47,076 nt of DNA from Catajapyx aquilonaris (lineage: Eukaryota), in assembly GCA_000934665.2 (NCBI GenBank), contig JYFJ02003040.1, positions 1-47,076 on the forward strand. The letters run 5' to 3'. The notes beneath the pieces were generated by a model. It was not told where the DNA came from. It saw nothing but the letters and a program-made list of their open reading frames with translations, and ran no database searches. Numbering within the stretch: the stretch's first letter is position 1; every line of letters begins with the position of its first letter. Both the position numbers and the translations under genes were made by a program. Below, piece by piece: positions 39,643 to 47,076 of the stretch.

Positions 39643-41819
39643 TACGTAGATCGAAGCCCAAATGACTGGAGCTTTTGGTGTAACTCGGGCTCTCCCGGCC
39701 TGACTTTATTGGGCGGTAGAGTCGGGCGTTTGATTTCCCCCCAGCTCGTGTTTCCTGAGAGAGCCTATGTTTCGCCAACTTGGGGGAGTAAATTAGGCGG
39801 AGGGCGGTACGTGTAGTGTCGCATGACACGCATTGTGTGGAGCCCCAGAAACTCTAAGCGGTAACAAGACAGGGAGGCAGTGATAACGCTGCAAAACGGG
39901 CCAAGTAATCAACAGTTAGCAGACAGAGTTATGAAACGATGCGGGTCGCGCATTTTTGGCATACGTGTGATTCCCGCTTCGGACTGACGTGAGATAAACG
40001 CCTGCAAATATGCAGCAGAATCAATGAAAGTCCAATTTGTCTGTCACTGAAACGGCGCGCAATCGCAAAAAACAATCGCACCAGAATTGCACAACAACAC
40101 GCGATAGTTACGCAGTGAATATATTGTTGGATATATGCTTTGTGTGATTAAACTATGTGGATTTAAGGCCTTTTGGCGCTATTGCATAATATGAAATGCA
40201 AATGTGCCGAAAGTGCATCCAGACTGCTTCAACACCCTGACCTACAATTAAAGAGAAAAGGTGAGTGGGTCAAGGCCCAGATCAATCTTTCCTCGCCTGC
40301 CTCAACCCCATCTCCCCACAGCCCTACTTTCCTCCATCCTCGAAACCCGGAACGCAACTTCCTCTGCACCAAAATCCCACAAACACACAGACAATCAGGT
40401 AGACATACATTGTTGTCTGGCAAAGCCCTCTTAATCCTACCCGGTCAATATTCATATCCGGGTGTAATCACCTGCTCTTGGCATAAAGTAGGCAGGTAGA
40501 TATCTCCCCACCATCAAAGTTTCCTCCTTTTGGCTTGTCCCTCTTCTCTCTCTGCAGAGGATGGAGGGTGTGGTAGGCTGGCTGCACGTACAGTATTTGG
40601 AGTCGTGGGTATTGATCCGGGAAGCGGAAACTCGGGATGCAACCTCCAATCCCAGCCACTGCAGCCCACCCAGACTTCGACCTCACGCAAGACTACAAAG
40701 GTTGGAGCAGATCCGGGGGGTTAGAAAAGAAAGAAAAAGTAAAAATAAAAAGAAAGAGTAGGAACACTATAAGAGAGAGAGAGGAAGGGGGGAGAGGTTG
40801 GGGGGTGCCAGCCACTTCGACAGCTGTTGGAAACATCTCTGAAACTCTTACGACCTCAGTATTATACTTTGTTCAACATGCGGCTCAAGGATCGGTCCGG
40901 CTGCATGTGACCGACATTTCGGATCCGGATTTAAATGTGATCAGCATGTCAAAAATCGATTTCCAAAAAAAGAGCAGCTCAAACTGCCATTGATCCTTAA
41001 AATTCGCTGCTACTGCTAATATAAATAATCGCTCTTATAAATTATCTACAAAGCGTTGATTTCTACGTGTAGGCCTATACATGTTGGTCTGACCATTAGA
41101 TTACAAATCCAACCACCTTAATCTTAACTGTCGAGTATAAAACCGGATTAAAATCTGAGTCCTTACGACAAAAATGCGTATAACCTGTTTTTTTCCAAGC
41201 GCGTCCCTGACTAATGAAATCTCATTCGTGACGTAATTGACACTGGCTCTAAATACGGCGTAATATTTTTAATTAAAAACTTTGGGCTTTTGCAGTGAGG
41301 GGAGCGAATTATGCGCGGAATATCGTTTGCACTTAATCCTCAGTTCCGCAGTATTATATTCATATTTCATAATTTTCTGCGGGGATAAATGAACGCTTTG
41401 CTAATTTTTATGCGGGAGATAACGCGTATTAAGGTTGTGGGGGGGCCCACCCCGATGCAAGTTGAGTTTTATGAATACACAATAAACCGTTCCGAAATTA
41501 ATCCCTGCACCGCATCAAATGAGACGTGATGTTCGCCCTTGCCATACTTGGATGCTCGCACTCGTGTTTTTTGGTTGCCATCAATTTTTTGGCAGGTTTA
41601 TCGCCCAAGTTGACGAGTTTGACAGTAGTTAATCGGATGCCGCGTGAATAGAAAATGCCCCGCTAATGATTTTGAAAGGAACTAATACCTTCTGAGCGGA
41701 TTTACCTTTCACTGAATTAACCCCAGACAGAACACACACATTTTTACAAAATAATGCTACACAAATGCTTCTCGTAGCAAAAATTACTATCCATTCGCAT
41801 TTTGTGTAGAAACTTACGT

Positions 41820-41865
41820 GTTTATGTTAATGTTATAGTTGTTATGTTATGTTTTATGTTATAGT
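41820..41865. repeat. Degenerate (GTTAT)n microsatellite abutting the foldback element
   Basis: GTTTATGTTAATGTTATAGTTGTTATGTTATGTTTTATGTTATAGT. Confidence 0.8.
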
Positions 41866-42154
41866 TAGTCTATTGGCCGAAATTTTCGTCCCACTGCTAG
41901 TTACTGCTAACTTAGCACTACCACACTGCCAACACTGGTACCAGTACTGGCCAATAATCGAGGCAACGACTAGCGACATTTTCCCGAAGCGGCAGAAGAA
42001 GGAATCGAAGATAAGCATGCTACAAGCCGGGCGAGCAAGATTCCTTCTTCTGCCGCTTCGGGGAAATGTCGCTAGTCGTTTCCTCGATTATTGGCCAGTA
42101 CTGTACTAGCAGTAACTAGCAGTGGGACGAAAATTTCACCCAAATAGACTAACT
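41863..42154. mobile_element. Foldback MITE, about 290 bp, with TAGTCT...AGACTA termini (Academ-like ends, tentative)
   Basis: The outer arm AGTTAGTCTATT...GAAATTTTCGTCCCACTGCTAGTTACTGCTA is matched by 42107-42154. The inner arm CAGTACTGGCCAATAATCGAGG.AACGACTAGCGACATTT.CCCGAAGCGGCAGAAGAAGGAATC (about 65 bp, 2 mismatches) is matched across an approximately 32-nt loop. The left arm carries about 29 extra nt. Confidence 0.85.
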
Positions 42155-42776
42155 TACATTCCACCCATAGTCTATGACCAAGTAAATCATTGTACAATGT
42201 GTTTTACACGAAGCACTATTTCGTATTAAGCTGAGGCTGATTAAGCTGTTACTTTTTGGTTACTTGTAAGGGTATCAGGTTGAATAGATGCTTTTAAGGC
42301 CCTAAGTTTAGACTCATTTTAGATGGTAAATCTCACTTTTCCCAGCCTGCGGATTAATTCAATTAACAGGTAATATTTCAGGTAACTTAAACTTAAAAAC
42401 TAGCAGCTTACTCGTTAAATCCGTTCAGTTGAAGTAATGGCGTCTGACGAAAAGTTTTGTCGAGAAGACGCTTCAATCTCCGTCGAAAATATGCGCGTCG
42501 GATGGGTACGGCACGTGGAATGCAGGACTAATTGCACCAATTAATTTTTGTGCTGTGGAGGTAAGGGTCCGTGGCCGTAAATCAGGACTAGCGATGGTGC
42601 GGATGAAACGCGAGCCATCCATGGCCATTTTTCACGTCGGTCCAGGTGGAAAGGCTTCGGTTCATTAGCGCAAGGCAAATGCATGGAGAGTGACATTCAA
42701 GGCTGGCAGACATGGGGAGGCTCCCCCAGCAGCACTTGACGGCAAAACCAGGACCTGCTGATAAAACCCTGGGCCT

Positions 42777-42812
42777 TATATAATCGGCTGGCGCCACTTC
42801 TGACAGTGACTC
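42777..42812 (+). promoter_or_regulatory. Possible TATA plus initiator core promoter
   Basis: TATATAA at 42777-42783 sits in GC-rich flanks, with ACAGTG (A at 42805) 28 nt downstream. Motif evidence only. Confidence 0.2.
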
Positions 42813-42943
42813 GTGTCTGTGCCCGAGTATTCACCGGGAGTGTGTTTCACTCCATTTCCGACGACGCCAAGATGGAAACAGGTATCAATTATGGAGAGAG
42901 ACAACCGACGCCCTCTTTGTTTTGACGACGGGCAAAACCAACC

Positions 42944-42964
42944 CACACACACACACACACACAC
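42944..42964. repeat. (CA)10 microsatellite
   Basis: Direct reading. Confidence 0.95.
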
Positions 42965-45900
42965 TTTCCACCCCCTTTGCTTCCACAGCTTCGAGCGACA
43001 GCTGCGGAGTGTATGTTACGATAACAGTCATGACACTTCCACAGGAAATCCTGACACCGGCGTTCATTTGCATAATCTTGGACCAATAGTGCGCCCTCTC
43101 TCTGTGTAGAACTAGGCTCGATTATTTTGGATGCATCGTTTGACAGATATACAAGTACGTAATATCGATTTTCAAGTGTTCAATATTTATTCTACGTACA
43201 TTGACAAATCAATTTATCAATATGAAACTAGTAATAATCGTTTTATCGACCAAAATACGTATATTATATTATAGTTTTCCGATATGTAGATCACTGATCT
43301 ATTTAAAATATTAAAATCCTTACCAAGGTCGCGTTGTAGTAGCCTACGACCTATGCTTCTGATTGGCCAACTGTATAGTGTATTGTGATCACGACACTTG
43401 CGATTAGCCCTCGATATGCGCCTGCGCAATGGAGGAACTCGGAGGAACTATTCTTTCGATTCCTGGCGGACGGCAGGTAAACATTTCGACAGCGAAGGGA
43501 ATTCTTTTCTACGCCTGCGATCTTTTCCCATCACTGTTACACATGAAAATCAGTGAAATAATGGAGGTGGGGGGGGGGGACTGGAAAAAACAGTGGAACA
43601 ATCTCACCTCGTTAACTGCGTGTTTTACTAATTGCACCAAGTTTCAAAAAATCTCATATTGAAGATGCTAATTCTTTCGGACAGTATACCCATGACTCGT
43701 TTCCTATTCATTTCAAGCATTTAAATAGGCTGGCCCAGTCTCACCCCACTCGACAGGGGGAAATTGTGGCACGGACAAGAATTTATATCTCCCCTCCCTT
43801 AGTATATAAAAATTATTTTCACATATGATCTGAAAGGTGAGATGTGCAGCAATGTTGCGTAATATATTTTTTCCGATTTATCAATTACTTTGCTTACAAG
43901 AAAAACCTCAAAAAGTGGCACATTCTTACCCTGTTTGACGGTATCTAATATATCAATTATTGATAGTGAATATTCGATATACCAATAATTTCTCTTTGTC
44001 GATCAGCCGACGTTCGATAGCTAGGTTTTATCGATTGGTCATGTTAAATAAGGGATCCTATACGTAGGAGTATGGCTCTATCACAGGATCGCTATCACTT
44101 GTGGCCAGGCAAACGAAACAACGCGGCCTGAATGGGCGACAAGGCACAGTCTGACAAAAAAACACGGCTTAATGCAGTCCTCGTGTTCACATACTAGACC
44201 TTCACCCATGGAACGTCGATATCATAGCCTGGAGTGCGGCAGTGCACGTACGTGTACCCTTCGCATGCTAGAATCCCACGAAGCATTTTACCTCTTTCTG
44301 GAACCCCTCAACCAGTGCAGTCAGGCCAAGCCTCATGCATAGTCATGCCCCCCCCTCCCCCTTTTCTATGCTGTATTTAATATTATGCAGAATTTAAAGA
44401 GGAATCGATACGTCACCATCCTCACAAAAGTTCATGACGGGAGACTTTCTTGCCTATTGATGAGCCGGCGAGAAATCTGCTTCCGACCTGCCTATTATTA
44501 CGAGACTTGCGCCCAGTCTGTTCCCCCGACCTAACCTACTTTGACGTCCTCCGAGGGATCCGGAGATTTATGAAGACATATGGCTTGTCCTAGGTCTATT
44601 ATCCGGGATGAAAGAAGGGTTAGCATCGGTGGCCATGTGCCGACCACCAGGTATATGTGCTAGTAACTAGGGCGACCAACTTCTGAGCCCAGTTTCATCA
44701 TGGGATATTTTGAGGTACACGTATGTGATTCAAATTACAGCTTCAGTTTCAAACTGTGTTTGAAATTTGACTCCCATTACCTTAGTCCAAATAACACCTT
44801 GCCAAAAACCCTGTAAAAGCGTGTCGGTCTAGTTACGAAAGGAAGGAAACGTGGCACCACAGGTTCCCAGGTTGTGATGAACAACCTTCCTCTGTATACA
44901 CCTTATGGCAAAAAGATGTCGAAAGCTTGGCAAGGAGGTGGGGGAGGGGGGGAATCAATAGCACTTTCTGCTTTGCCGCTCTGGGTCCAAAAGCGTGGGC
45001 TCCAGTAATTAGCTATTGTTCGCCGCCCCTTTTGATTCTTCAGAATGAGATCAGAGGCTCCGAGCAGTAATTCATAAGTAAGCAAGCCTCTGGTGGATAT
45101 ATCCGCACCCAGCACACCACCCACTCCCTTGTTTAATCACCGTGGTAATTCAGGTCGTGTCGCAGTTAAATTCAGGCTGGCTGGATGATCCCTCCATCGC
45201 GGTGTCGTATTAATCGAAAATTGGCAAAACCGTGTCACACTGCTGATGGAAACAGATTATACAGGACTGTCGACACGGATTATCTAAACCCTTCCAACTG
45301 GTCCTCCCCCCAAAAAATTTCCAAGCCCTGTGTTTGTCGGGGCGAGAAAATTGCTCAGGCATTTTCCGCCACAAGATTTTCGACCCTGCTACTGATTAGG
45401 TTCAACAGTCCAGGTAGCAGAAAGTAATTTACCGCGACAGTTTGTGTAAAGTCATCCTCCCGGACGATCACGTTCACTTGGGGGGAAGAAGAAGAAGAAG
45501 CCTCCGGGCATTTGTAACTAGTCTTCATCCGAACTTTTGCTAACACACAAAGTAAATGAAGACGGTGCAAGCTTCGAGAGAGAGACGTCCAAAAACTTTT
45601 GAGCCATCGCCCCAAGAAAACCTGAGATGCCTAATACAAAGTCGAGCCTGATTAGGACATGGCGGCAATGAGGAATCAATAATCTCACTGGCATATCATT
45701 TATTAGCCAGATCTCCGTGCGTTTTTGACATAAGACATTGCGCACTGTAGGCAAATGACTACGAGTGTGTAATGCAATAAGAAAGCGCCTCTCGGGGAGA
45801 CTAATTTATGGTAATTCAATTCATGGGCGCTCACAGTATCAAATTCTTGTAAGGAATGAGCCCTTGCAAACATACGGATTTAGTAGTCTCCAGATAGAGA

Positions 45901-47076
45901 AGGCGGACCAGAGAGAAGCCCTTTCCGATGGCTGTAAAAGTTTGGCGACCCTAAAATAGAGTTTTACAACTGACTGATTTGCATGATGCTAATTATAAGG
46001 TTATTAGGCGGCATTACAGAAGACACCACCATGGGCTACACTGCGGTTGAGTAATGAAAGACGTTCGCCAAAGAAACGAGGCCAATCGACCGCAGGCACT
46101 GCTTTTATGAAAATTGAGATAAAAAAGAAACCGGCAGCTCCTCTCAGCCAATAGGAGCCAAAAATAGTGTAATATTGTCCTTTCATTTTCCAACTCTTAC
46201 CGAGACACACTGTTTGCTTTTAACACAGAGTTACTAAATTGAAGGCAGTTTCGGGAGAGAGTCTCAAACGACTAACAAGTATTTGTATATACCAAGGGCA
46301 TAATTAAAAGCTCATTATCTCACGTGCAGTTCGACTCCACTGTACACAAAATGGTACAGTGAAACCCGTATCAGTGGCGAGGTCTTCTGGGAAATCAATT
46401 TGTGCTGACCGTAAGGTGGCGCGGAAGTGAAGGACTCTCCTAAAAAAGTGACGCTTAAACGGCATTGCATGATTAGTAATGAATGTGCGCAATTAACCTG
46501 ACATCTGAGAAGTTATGGGAGTTGGTAGTGCGCACCGAGTCTGTAATTTCCCATGTAAAAGTCAGTTGATAGGGATTGCCTTCACTGACATGAACAGAAA
46601 AAAGGACTCCTTTGTTTTTTTAACAATTACGTGCACTTGGACGGATTCAATCTGGATTCAATAAATGAAAAAGGAAAGTGAATATAATTTTTCACCCTCT
46701 TGATAGACCAGTAATTACAGCCTTTTTGCGTATAATTCCAACTTTTACAAAGTAATCAAGCCAAAAGATGTAACTTAATATTTCAATAGCGTATAATTTT
46801 TTTAAAAGTGCAAGACCTGTGTACAGTATGCTTATTCGTCCAACTTGTAAGAAAACAACTTTGAGAAACTTATTCCTAGCTGAGTATATGGCCAAAAGCG
46901 AAAAATCCTCCCGCTGTTTTTCTTTCTTCAAAATAATTACTCAGACTTGAAGTTTTACTTTCACAGTCCAGCATCCCGGAGAGGGGAAAAAATAAAACCT
47001 TAAGATCTTTTCCTCCACAAGTTATACGAACTTAATTAATTGCACGGAATTCCCTCCATTGCATTGGTAACATAAT

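Noticed and set aside
1..47076. CRISPR array, operon, tandem exon array or recombination-signal array
   Set aside because: I saw no regularly spaced direct repeats, gene-dense segments, repeated homologous exons or heptamer-nonamer pairs.

Overview
This window looks like non-coding animal (probably invertebrate) nuclear DNA, such as a large intron or intergenic regulatory region; it does not look prokaryotic. None of the supplied ORFs resembles a protein family I recognise. I found no rRNA, intact tRNA, CRISPR array, autonomous transposase/RT or known miRNA. The best-supported features are a full-length tRNA-derived SINE with a perfect 15-bp target-site duplication (335-676, minus strand), two foldback MITE-like elements (745-1007 and 41863-42154), a loopless 76-bp palindrome (20115-20190) inside an AT-rich block, and several microsatellites. 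Weaker candidates are a minus-strand promoter/first exon at about 27761-28044 and a plus-strand 47-nt exon at 4204-4250. I could not establish a novel biological system from sequence alone. All alignments and counts were done by eye, with no database searches.
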